Source of the DNA: an uncultured Gammaproteobacteria bacterium
Lineage (GTDB): Bacteria; Patescibacteriota; Patescibacteriia; UBA9934; GWF2-40-263
Assembly: GCA_964538435.1 (NCBI GenBank)
Contig: CAZIDX010000007.1
Coordinates: forward strand, 4,399-68,398
Length of the DNA: 64,000 bases
Direction of reading: 5' to 3'
The notes under the pieces were generated by a model. It did no database searches. It had not been told where the DNA came from and was given only the letters and a program-made list of their open reading frames with translations. Made by a program: the position numbers and the translations under genes. Of the stretch, positions 9,125 through 18,500 are shown in pieces. The number at the start of each line of letters is the position of its first letter. The stretch's first letter is position 1.

Positions 9125-9127
9125 ATA

Positions 9128-10132
9128 TTAGTAGTCGAGCCCCTCGCGGGCAGGGACGCCTGAGTAAAAGTAATGCCTGTGTAGGCGCATTTGTGTGATG
9201 AGATGGGCGCGGTCGAGAAACTCTTTTGGTGCATGGCGTCCGGTCATGATGACCTCGGTGTTATCTGGCTTGCTGTCGAGCAGCTTGAGCACATCACTTA
9301 CTTTGAGCATGCCTAGATCTGTGGTTGAGTTGATCTCGTCGAGAACCACCAAGTCACAACCCTCATCGAACATCTTTTGTGCAGCACTGAGTCCGCGCTG
9401 CGCTTCTTGCTTATCGGTATCTTGGACTGAGAAGTCAAAACGTCCAGTGTCAGGATCGATGCGATCTCGTCCTGTTGCAACATAATCAATCCCCTCGATT
9501 TGTTCGAGAACGTGACGTTCTGAGTAATGTGTCTCCCCTCCTTTGTCAAAATATACAATTCCAACTTTCTTTTCAACAGCTCGCGCTCGAATCACCTCTC
9601 CGAGTGCTGCAGTGGTCTTACCTTTTCCGTTTCCTGTGAAGACCTGAATGAGGCCATAGCCTTCTCGTCCTTTGATGCGCTCGTCCGTGCCGACCGTGAT
9701 GCCGAAGTGCTTTCTATAGACGTCAATGACATCAAACACGACCTGGTGAGCTGTTTCTTCAAATGAAAGCTGTGGGTTCATCCAAATAAGCTCGGTGTGC
9801 TCATCAGAGAGTGTGATTTTCACTCCTTCTTTGAGTCTGACAAGGTGAAAGATGCCGATGATTGGGTTATTCTCAACATCACCATTTACTCCCCAACGAT
9901 CAACATGAAGCGGTTCGAGCACCTCGAAGTCTCCTGCATTAATGCCTAGCTCTTCGGTAAGCTCTCGGATAAGAGCGTCGCGCGGCATCTCATTTGCATC
10001 CATGCGCCCGCCTGGAAAGTCGAGTTTTCCCTTTGCTTTTGAGTGGTCACCAATCCCGCTTTCTCTGATTAGAAGAATGCGACCAACACGATCAACAACA
10101 ACCCCTTTATTTGCTACAAACTTTTTTTCCAT
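9128..10132 (-). CDS. NUDIX hydrolase fused to cob(I)alamin adenosyltransferase (CobA/BtuR family)
   Basis: N-terminal FPGGR...RELTEELG; C-terminal VFTGNGKGKTTAALG, LVVLDEI, TGRHAP and AREGLDY. Confidence 0.85.
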   Translation of the reverse strand: MEKKFVANKGVVVDRVGRILLIRESGIGDHSKAKGKLDFPGGRMDANEMPRDALIRELTEELGINAGDFEVLEPLHVDRWGVNGDVENNPIIGIFHLVRLKEGVKITLSDEHTELIWMNPQLSFEETAHQVVFDVIDVYRKHFGITVGTDERIKGREGYGLIQVFTGNGKGKTTAALGEVIRARAVEKKVGIVYFDKGGETHYSERHVLEQIEGIDYVATGRDRIDPDTGRFDFSVQDTDKQEAQRGLSAAQKMFDEGCDLVVLDEINSTTDLGMLKVSDVLKLLDSKPDNTEVIMTGRHAPKEFLDRAHLITQMRLHRHYFYSGVPAREGLDY

Positions 10133-10154
10133 AGTAAACCGATTTTACCATAGA

Positions 10155-10183
10155 TTGACAAAGTGGCGTTTTGGAGATAAGGT
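10155..10183 (+). promoter_or_regulatory. sigma70-type promoter TTGACA-N17-TAAGGT
   Basis: Directly upstream of the GC-rich orphan at 10206. Confidence 0.55.
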
Positions 10184-10205
10184 TTGATATCCTCAACAAA
10201 AGGAA

Positions 10206-10913
10206 ATGGGAGGTATCATGCGAGGAATCCCTCTTGCACCGCATATGAGTCCTGGCGACCTGTGCATCATCACTGTGACCACCAGAAGCAGCTGCGACTC
10301 TCTGGGTCGCATCGGCCCCGAGGACTTTGTGGGCGAGTTCAAGGGTGTGGTCGAGGCCGTGGACTACGACAACCGCAGGATCAAGGCCAAGTTCACTGAC
10401 CCGCGCCTGACCAAGAACAGAGATCTGGCTATTCGTCGGTTCGACGACAAGGAGCCGCCGTACGAGTACAGGGTTCGCCCGCGTTACCGAATCCAAGGCT
10501 TGTCCATGCAGACCGGGTTCGAGCTCGGTCAACGCTGCGTGGTGCAGATCGGTCACTTCGACGAGAACCCGAGACTGTGTGAGAACCCGGGCATGACCCC
10601 AGAAGAAGTCCTCGAGTGCTTCCCGATCGAGATGGTCGGCCTGTGGGAAGCGAAGATCATCTTCGCCAGCACCAAAGGTGTTGACATGGATGGCACGATC
10701 TACTACCCGGTGGCCGTGCTCCTGGTCGATGACCGTCTGGCAAATCACGAGAACGAAGAGGTTCGGCACTGGCATGGACTGGAGCCTCCGGTGCGCTACA
10801 ACGTGTACCGCGTGAACGAACACATCATCGACGGAGCCCAGCAGGTGATGCGTGTTTGGGAGACCGCACGTGATGCACTGATGGACTCCTGGTCCACGCT
10901 CCAGAAGGGCTGA
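10206..10913 (+). CDS. Hypothetical protein (GC-rich orphan unit)
   Basis: G/C-biased codons. SD GGAGGT precedes an alternative ATG at 10218; a terminator-like hairpin follows. Confidence 0.7.
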   Translation: MGGIMRGIPLAPHMSPGDLCIITVTTRSSCDSLGRIGPEDFVGEFKGVVEAVDYDNRRIKAKFTDPRLTKNRDLAIRRFDDKEPPYEYRVRPRYRIQGLSMQTGFELGQRCVVQIGHFDENPRLCENPGMTPEEVLECFPIEMVGLWEAKIIFASTKGVDMDGTIYYPVAVLLVDDRLANHENEEVRHWHGLEPPVRYNVYRVNEHIIDGAQQVMRVWETARDALMDSWSTLQKG

Positions 10914-10973
10914 GCAGACTGAGCAAACGCTCGACGAAGCGCTAAGCAGCAATGCTGGCGCTTTTCTAATTGT

Positions 10974-11081
10974 GTGATTCTTGTTCGTAGGTACGAAATG
11001 TTATCCACAACTACTTTTTGTTTGTTTGAGGAGTGAAGATTGCTTGCGTGATTCTTGTTTGTAGGTACGAAAAAGAATCGT
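10974..11081. repeat. Pair of palindromic REP-like elements (GATTCTTGTTYGTAGGTACGAAAAAGAATC)
   Basis: Copies at 10974-10998 (truncated) and 11048-11081; same family as 54321-54441. Confidence 0.65.
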
Positions 11082-11098
11082 GAATAGAAAACAGGACC

Positions 11099-11620
11099 CT
11101 AGGGTCCTGCGTTTTTGTCGTTACCTCCCTTTCCTCGCCCAAGGGCGATTCCGGCAAGGCTGGCGATGTGGTCGAGCAGCCACTTGCGTTTTCCGATCGA
11201 GCTCTTGCTGATTGCTGTGCACACGTAGAGCAGAGCAACCTTGAGCGCAGTGTCTGTGGCCAGAGCCATAACCTCTTCCTGTGCAGTTGTAGCACCTGCC
11301 TTGAGAAATGCCTCAGGTACTCCCATGGAGAACGGGAGTGTCAGGAAGAGAAGTAGGTAGATCTCACCGTGCGTGATGAAGCGCCAGATGTAGCTTCCGC
11401 TCTGATGGTCTCCAACCCAGCGGCTAACCTCGCGCGCACCCACAAAGATTGTGAGGGCGTAGAACCAGTAGTCTACGAGCTGCTTTCCCACACTGACGTG
11501 CGTTGGGAGCCAGTAACTGGCTGCGATCAGGCTGATCACGATAACGGTACAGATGTCGAAGACGAGCTTCCAGGCGAACAGCTTCCGAAACACGAAGCTG
11601 ACACGTTCTTTTCCAGTCAT
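11099..11620 (-). CDS. Membrane protein, ~4 TM (GC-rich orphan unit)
   Basis: Hydrophobic helices. SD GGAGGTG before ATG 11620; promoter TTGACG-N17-TAAGGT at 11679-11651. Confidence 0.7.
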   Translation of the reverse strand: MTGKERVSFVFRKLFAWKLVFDICTVIVISLIAASYWLPTHVSVGKQLVDYWFYALTIFVGAREVSRWVGDHQSGSYIWRFITHGEIYLLLFLTLPFSMGVPEAFLKAGATTAQEEVMALATDTALKVALLYVCTAISKSSIGKRKWLLDHIASLAGIALGRGKGGNDKNAGP

Positions 11621-11685
11621 TGTCACCTCCGCATTGGAACTGGACAAAAAACCTTAGCAACGCAGCTGATTTGCGTCAAGGTATT

Positions 11686-11710
11686 GAAATACCACGCCCG
11701 GGGGCGTGGT
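11686..11710 (-). terminator. Intrinsic terminator abutting the next promoter
   Basis: accacgccc/gggcgtggt hairpin, followed within ~12 nt by TTGACG on the minus strand. Confidence 0.55.
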
Positions 11711-11725
11711 TCGTGGCAGTTGCTG

Positions 11726-12352
11726 CTAGCGCAAGAGCTGTGGGAGCGCAATGGCAGCCAGGATACCGATGATCGAGATGACGATCATGACCTCCACCAT
11801 TGTCGTGCTCTTGAGGATCTTCCTCTTGTTCACGAGGATGAAGCCTGCCGGAAGAAGCAGGGACAGGAGCAGTCCGAAGACCACGATCCGCTGATGCGGG
11901 AACAGAGCCACCATGGTCGGCAATGTGACACGTTCGTCACCATCGACCAGCACCTTGCGCACCTGCAGCAGAGCCAGGTCTCGATCTCCGCTGCTCATCT
12001 CTGCCGCAATGGCTTCATCTGCCTCGAGCTTGGCGCCTACGATGTTCTCGTACCAGTACCCGACGTCGTTACTGCCGCGCTCGAAGAACACGTTCGAGTG
12101 ACCGTAGTTAATCTCGTGTTCGTCCAGATACTCGATCGCGAGCCCCACCTTCTCACTGGCGCGCTCCAGGTTGGAGGCATCGGCAGCGAGCTTGAGGTTG
12201 TCGGTCACGTTGATGGAGAACAGGAGCGAAACCACGACCGCGTAGGCAGCGATCAGAAGCGCAGGCAGCAACGTGAACCCTGTACCTACCAGTATTGTGT
12301 TCCTATTGCTGCGCTCGAGCCTTTCTCTGTCACGTCCGGTAGGGATTGCCAT
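11726..12352 (-). CDS. Membrane protein with C-terminal type IV pilin-like helix
   Basis: Three hydrophobic segments; ends in [26 protein letters not shown]. Confidence 0.65.
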   Translation of the reverse strand: [208 protein letters not shown]

Positions 12353-12362
12353 GTTGTCTCCG

Positions 12363-13067
12363 TTACTCCGTGTGGATCTTGACGGTGTCGTTCATGGGGA
12401 AGAGACGAAAGCGTTCACCACTCTCATTCTCCATGATGAAGTAGTTGCCGGACTCGATGAGCTCCTGGATTCGAGCGTTCTCGTGATCCTTGAGTTGTGC
12501 TTCCACCTGCTCGCTCTCTTGTTCGCGCGGCTCTGCCAGATACTGCTGCTGGTCAGCGATGAGATCCCTGCGAACCTGCTTGGCTCGATACGGGTCAGAC
12601 AGCTCGCTTGCAAAGCCCAGAGCGCGGCTGTAAGCCTCATCTGTGCGCTCGCAACGCATGCGCCAGATCATCATCTCCTGGACGAACAAGTCGTGCTTGG
12701 ACTCGTCGATCTCCTGACACTGGGCCACGTAGGCCTCGAACCAGTCGGCGCCGAGGTAGCTGCCGTCATCTCGGACCTTGCAGTCGCGGGCCTTTTGCAG
12801 ATGCTCGCGCTTGAGACCTGAATAATGGAAGCAATTCACAGACCTCCACGCGATGATGATCGGCTCCTCGGTTTCAGGTGCACTCACCTTGACCTCGGCA
12901 GCCTGAGCCACGGTGTCCATGGACTCATCCGTGACCATAACGAATCCGATCACGACCCCGAACAGGACCAGACCGAACAGCGCCAGGTAAATCACGCCTG
13001 ATGGGAACGTGACGGGCTTGAGCTGATCGCGAATGCGCTTGCTCACGACCTTTGTTCGCTTGTTCAT
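12363..13067 (-). CDS. Hypothetical single-TM protein (GC-rich unit, first gene of a two-gene operon)
   Basis: N-terminal TM helix and SD GGAGG; promoter TTGACA-N17-CATTCT at 13146-13118. Confidence 0.7.
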   Translation of the reverse strand: MNKRTKVVSKRIRDQLKPVTFPSGVIYLALFGLVLFGVVIGFVMVTDESMDTVAQAAEVKVSAPETEEPIIIAWRSVNCFHYSGLKREHLQKARDCKVRDDGSYLGADWFEAYVAQCQEIDESKHDLFVQEMMIWRMRCERTDEAYSRALGFASELSDPYRAKQVRRDLIADQQQYLAEPREQESEQVEAQLKDHENARIQELIESGNYFIMENESGERFRLFPMNDTVKIHTE

Positions 13068-13170
13068 TTCTTCTCCCCTCCACTGGGTGACGGATATTGA
13101 ACTTTGGTGAACATGAGAGAATGCCTGAAAATCATCGTTTTGTCAATGGTTGGTGTATAATGTAGTCACT

Positions 13171-13743
13171 ATGTTTTTTCTAAAAGCCTTTATTGCTGGG
13201 TTTGTGATTAAGTCGATTGCAAGTTTTGATGACACGGTCACAAAGATCCCAGTGATCACCAGCCTGACTCAAACACGTGAAGGAAAAATTGCGTTTGCGA
13301 TTGGAAATCTTGGTGCGGTTGCGGTTGTCATTTTGATCGCTTCTGGGATAAGTGCACTTTTAAGTGACTTTGGTGCTCTGCGCTATATTTTAGCTGGACT
13401 CATCTTTTTGGTCGCACTTAATGCTCTTCGTCCTGCTCGCCAACATGCACGCAAGAAAAAACACGACCACCCGTCTGGGCTCAAACTCTTGTACCTAATC
13501 GGGATAGGGTTTGCCGTGTCGTTTGTTGCGCTTATTGATGACTCAGTGCTCTTTATCCCTCTCTTTGCAAACGAGGCTTTATCGAGCGCGTACGTTATTG
13601 TTGGAATCTTTGTATCGACGATTGTGAACTTGCTTCTTGTGATTTACTTTGCTGAGCAGTTTGAGCGTGTGAAGTACTCACACTTTGTTTCATTTGTGAT
13701 CTTGCTCATTATTGCTGGGCTGATTGCGTTTGGAGTGCTTTAA
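13171..13743 (+). CDS. CadD/LysE-superfamily membrane transporter
   Basis: Six TM helices with paired 'SFDD' and 'LIDD' motifs. TATAAT lies 9 nt before ATG 13171. Confidence 0.65.
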   Translation: MFFLKAFIAGFVIKSIASFDDTVTKIPVITSLTQTREGKIAFAIGNLGAVAVVILIASGISALLSDFGALRYILAGLIFLVALNALRPARQHARKKKHDHPSGLKLLYLIGIGFAVSFVALIDDSVLFIPLFANEALSSAYVIVGIFVSTIVNLLLVIYFAEQFERVKYSHFVSFVILLIIAGLIAFGVL

Positions 13744-13756
13744 CAATTTGAAAACC

Positions 13757-14329
13757 TCACCCTAGGGGCGAGGTTCGTTGCCACAGGTCCACCAGCTCAT
13801 CAGCTAGGGCCTGTGTTTTTGTGTCTGCGACCGTGAGTCTACGCTCAAGGTCGTGAAGCACGTGTGTGCAGCAACTGGGAACGGGCTGTGTGCAGCCATT
13901 GATCTTGGTCTGCACTCTCCAGTCGATGCGGATGCCAGCGTCTTGGAATGCTTGCTCCCACTGAGAAAGCTCGTCAAAGCTCTTCCCAACGTACATGGCA
14001 TGTGTGCCACACGACATCATGACGTGCAGGTGCGGATTGTGAATGTTGCCAGGAAGATCACCCAAAACGATCTGAGCACTGTCAGCCAAGTAAGCCTGAA
14101 CAGCAGCCTCAACCTCTGGTAGACCAGCGTGCCACTGCTTTTGTCGCGCGCTCCAGGGCTTGAGCCCAAGAAGAGGGCCGTGGGTATCCGAGTAGACATC
14201 GATCTCGTGGAGACCAACACGCACATCAGAGCGGGCCTGGAGAAGCCTGTAGAGCGTGGTGCAGAGCGTGGACTTCCCGCTGTTAGCAGGACCACCGACA
14301 AGGAGACGAATCTGGTGAGGTGCGCTCAC
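13757..14329 (-). CDS. P-loop NTPase
   Basis: Walker A GGPANSGKS and Walker B-like IVLGDLPG. Overlaps the Fic stop codon (GTGA). Confidence 0.75.
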   Translation of the reverse strand: MSAPHQIRLLVGGPANSGKSTLCTTLYRLLQARSDVRVGLHEIDVYSDTHGPLLGLKPWSARQKQWHAGLPEVEAAVQAYLADSAQIVLGDLPGNIHNPHLHVMMSCGTHAMYVGKSFDELSQWEQAFQDAGIRIDWRVQTKINGCTQPVPSCCTHVLHDLERRLTVADTKTQALADELVDLWQRTSPLG

Positions 14330-14940
14330 TGATCACCTCGCAATGCCCGGTAGTAGGCCTGAAAGACCTCGAGGCTCTGGTTCATGCGCTCGTAGTAGCT
14401 CCTGCGGTCTGCATAGATAGTGAGGGGCGCTCCTGCCTTGAGACAGGCCAGCGCGCTCCAGAATTTGGTCATGCGACCACAACCATCTGAGTATGGGTGA
14501 ATGCGGAAGTCGAGCTCGTACTCGAGTATTGCCAGGAATTCTGTGACTTGATCTTGTGTCAGTCCGGCCAGGCCAGACGCAAGCCACTTGAACCACACAC
14601 CCATTTCGATATCGATCCTACCAATGGGCACTCCATAGGCCTTGCCTGTGTCATGCTGGCGATACATGGAGCTGGTTTGGGTTCCTGATGTTACGGATGC
14701 AAAGAGCTGGAGCTCGAGCAGGCGCAGGTCGCGCACGCTCAGGTCACGATCTCGGTGATCCCACAGGCGATTTGCTGCGCAGACGAGTCCGCGCATTGCA
14801 CTTTCCTGCAGGGCCTCCCCTGTTTCTTCGGCCTGAGGTTTCCCCTCTCGACCCAGTGCATTGACTGAACCTGTCTGAACCGTGCGGCTCATGCCAGAAA
14901 TGCTCCGGAGGAGCACCTGGATGAACTCAGTCTTTTCCAT
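14326..14940 (-). CDS. Fic-domain protein (variant motif)
   Basis: RIHPYSDGCGRMTK versus canonical HPFxDGNGRxxR; SD AGGAGG. Confidence 0.8.
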   Translation of the reverse strand: MEKTEFIQVLLRSISGMSRTVQTGSVNALGREGKPQAEETGEALQESAMRGLVCAANRLWDHRDRDLSVRDLRLLELQLFASVTSGTQTSSMYRQHDTGKAYGVPIGRIDIEMGVWFKWLASGLAGLTQDQVTEFLAILEYELDFRIHPYSDGCGRMTKFWSALACLKAGAPLTIYADRRSYYERMNQSLEVFQAYYRALRGDQ

Positions 14941-15505
14941 GGCTACCTCCTAGGATCTTTTGAGCCTCTGCCAAGAGCATCTTGTGCAAAGGAACGCTGA
15001 CATCTTTAGCTATTGGAAGGAAAAAATCAACCGTCTTCTGTGCATAACGTGTCACAAAATCGGTATGCGAATCCTTAATACATTGCATGGCCCTACAGTT
15101 ATCCAACCGATCAACAAGCTTTACCATCTGTCCGTCGCGGCTGCTGGCCTTAATTTTCTTTAAAAATGCGTGATTATCAATCACATCGTCAGGAGAAGTG
15201 CATTCATCCACCAGTTGCCTGACATGCTTGTTTGTGAGGCGCTCAACCTTGTCTAGAGTGGTGTCTGTGTCCTCGATAACGTCGTGGAGGAGAGCTGCAG
15301 CCATTACGTCTGGATCTTGGTAGCCAAGTGTTTGATTGAGAATCAAAAAGCAGCGGTATAGGTGAACAAGTTGACACTCCTGGATCCGCTTGTCATTGCC
15401 ATGTACCTGCTGCACAAACTCAACAATAGGTTGCAAATGCCTGGGAAGCTGCTGTCGAACAAATTGAAAAACGTATTTTTCGTCTTGTGAGTATTCCCAG
15501 GTCAT
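14927..15505 (-). CDS. HD-domain hydrolase (Mesh1/small alarmone hydrolase-like)
   Basis: H-x-x-x-x-R, AALLHDVIEDT and VKLVDRLDN. Confidence 0.85.
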   Translation of the reverse strand: MTWEYSQDEKYVFQFVRQQLPRHLQPIVEFVQQVHGNDKRIQECQLVHLYRCFLILNQTLGYQDPDVMAAALLHDVIEDTDTTLDKVERLTNKHVRQLVDECTSPDDVIDNHAFLKKIKASSRDGQMVKLVDRLDNCRAMQCIKDSHTDFVTRYAQKTVDFFLPIAKDVSVPLHKMLLAEAQKILGGSHGKD

Positions 15506-15541
15506 AGTGGGGTTATTATATCGAACTTTCTAACAGATCTG

Positions 15542-15569
15542 AAAACAGGGGCCGTAACCCCTGTTTTTT
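15542..15569 (-). terminator. nrdJ terminator
   Basis: aaaacagggg...cccctgtttt immediately after the nrdJ stop. Confidence 0.65.
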
Positions 15570-15574
15570 CTTGT

Positions 15575-18500
15575 CTAGCTACATCCGCTTGTTGCACCGC
15601 AGTTTAGGCACTTATAGCAAGCTGCGTTGCGAACCATGATTGAGCCACAGGTGTCACAGGCAGGGGCGTCTGATTGATTATCAAACGTTTGCGTGTGCTT
15701 TGAGTCCTTCTCTTCTTTTGCGTCAAAGAGCTTTGTTTGTACTTCATCTGTCTGCTCTTCTTCTTCCTCATCTTTTTTCACAAGTTCAGCCACGTCTTCA
15801 TCTGCAACAGGTGCGACGGTCTCGCTGAGCTGGGCCGTGTTGATCCCAACAGCCACCTGACTCTCTTGAGGAAGGAACTTGATTGCAAGCCAACGGAAGA
15901 TGTAGTCCGTGATGGACTTGGCGATTCTGATTTGAGGATTGTTTGTGTAGCCTGATGGCTCAAAACGCATGTGAACAAACTTGTTCACGAGAACCTCCAG
16001 TGGCACCCCGTACTGAAGGCCGATTGAGATGGCTGTGGCAAAACTATCCATGAGCCCGCTAATCACAGACCCTTCCTTTGACATGGTAATGAAGATTTCC
16101 CCAGGAGTTCCGTCGTTGTAGAGCCCAACCGTGATGTATCCCTGATGGTTTCCTACGGCAAACTTATGCGTAACAGCCCTGCGCTCGTCTGGAAGCCGGC
16201 GGCGACGCGGTTTGCTTGATGAATCGACTTTTACGGTTTGGACAATCTGTTTTTCTGCTTCTTTAATTTCTGCTTTTTCTTCTTCTACGTTCTGCTTCTT
16301 TGCATCTGATTCTTTTGAAGTTGTGAGTGCCTGCTGGCGCTTTGATCCATCACGGTAGATGGCAATGGCCTTGAGTCCCATCTTCCATCCCTGCATGTAA
16401 ACATCGGCAATATCTTCTTTTGTTGCCTCATGTGGCATGTTCACAGTCTTTGAGATGGCACCTGAGATGAAAGGTTGGACAGCGGCCATCATGCGGATGT
16501 GGCCCATGTAATGAATGGTGCGTGTTCCGTTTGCAGCTTTAAATGCGCAATCAAATACGGCCAAATGCTCAGGTTTGATGTGAGGAGCGCCTTCAATAGT
16601 ATCTTTTTCTTCGATAAAGTCCTGAATCTCTTTTCGCTCAGACCCAGTGTAGCCAAGGCGTGTGAGGGCTTCTTCCACGGTTCCATTCACCATCTTGAGC
16701 ATTCCACCTCCAACAAGCCATTTGTACTTTACAAGAGCGATATCAGGCTCAACACCAGTGGTGTCGCAATCCATGAGGAAAGAGATGGTTCCGGTTGGAG
16801 CGAGTACGGAGATCTGTGCATTGCGGAGCCCGTGACTACTTGCATGTTCAACGGTGTTGTCCCAGCACTTGCGCGCTTCTGTGAGCAAGTCGGCTGGCAC
16901 TCCTTCTTCTTTGATCTTGTAAGACTCGTCGCGGTGCATGCGCATGACTTCCATGGCTGGTTCTTCGTTTGCTTTGTATCCAGCAAAGGCTCCGCGCTTT
17001 TCTGCGATTTTTGATGACTGGAAATAGCAGTGACCGCTCTGGAGTGAGGTGATAGCAGCGGCTAAGTTGCGTCCTTCGTCTGAATCGTAAGGGAGCCCGC
17101 GGCTCATAAGGAGCGCACCGAGGTTTGCGTAGCCGATTCCAAGAGGTCGGTAGTCAAGACTGTTCTGCTCAATGGCTGGAGTTGGATAAACCGAGCTTCC
17201 TACAATAATCTCCTGCGCTGTGATAATGATTTCGTTTGCTTTTTTGAATGCCTCTGTATCAAATACCATGCGTCCGTTTTCCTCCTTTCGGAACTTCATG
17301 AGGTTGAGAGACGCCAGGTTGCATGCACTGTCATTGATAAACATGTACTCAGAGCATGGGTTTGAGGCAAAAATGCGATCTGTGTTCTTGCAGGTGTGCC
17401 ACTTGTTAATAGTGGTGTCGTACTGGATTCCTGGATCTCCACACTGCCACGCAGCATCTGTCATAAGATCCATGAGATCCTGTGCCTTCCAGGTTTGAAT
17501 GGTCTCGCCCGTTGTCACTGCCTTTGTGTCCCAGTTTTCTCCTTTTTCAACCGCACTCATGAACTCATCGTTTACACGCACTGAGTTGTTTGCATTTTGG
17601 AAATAGATTGATCCATAAGCTGGGCCGTCGATTGATCCGTCATACCCGGCATCCATGAGCGCCCAAGCCTTTTTCTCTTCTTCAACTTTGCAAGTAATAA
17701 ATTGATCAATGTCAGGGTGTCCAACATCCAAAATCACCATTTTTGCGGCACGACGTGTTTTCCCTCCTGATTTGATGACTCCAGCAAATGCATCCAGTCC
17801 TTTCATGAACGACACAGGTCCTGAAGCTTTTCCGTTGCTTCCTCCAAGATACTCGTGGCGGGAACGGAGCTTTGAAAGACTTGAACCAGCACCAGACCCA
17901 CCCTTAAAGAGCATGCCCTCTGTGACACAGAGGTTCAGGATTGAGCGCATGTCATCCTCAACTGAGTTGATGAAGCAGGCAGAGCATTGCTGTGGTCGCG
18001 GTGTTCCCACATTAAACCAAACCGGCGAGTTAAATGCTGCCATTTGGTTTACGAGAATGTAATGAAGCTCATCCTCGAAGGTTTGTGCGTCTTCTTTTGT
18101 TTGAAAATAACTTCCCTTCCGCCCCCAGTCAGAAATAGTTGTTGCCACTCGCCCAACAAGCTGCTTTACAGAAGTCTCCCGATCTTCCTTTCCAATAGTT
18201 CCGTAAAAGTATTTTGAAACAACAATGTTTGTTGCTGTCTGAGACCAACTCTTTGGCATCTCTACATCCTTTTGCTCAAACACCAAGTTGCCTTTATGGT
18301 CCATGATGGTGGCATCGCGTTTTTCCCATTCGATCTCGTCGTATGGATGCACGTCCTTTTTTGTGAAGTAGCGTTTTACATCGATTCCTTTTCCGTACTG
18401 TTCCTTTTTGTCATTCACACGCTCCTCATTGCGGAACTGTGAGTAACGCTTTGCCACATGGACGAGGTTGGCGTCAATTAAAACAAGACCAACAACTTCA

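Noticed and set aside
10913-10970. Integron attC sites after the GC-rich orphan genes
   Set aside because: No RYYYAAC...GTTRRRY boxes and no integrase; the units carry their own promoters.
11001-11009. DnaA box as a sign of oriC
   Set aside because: A single box, with no cluster, no DUE and no dnaA/dnaN nearby.
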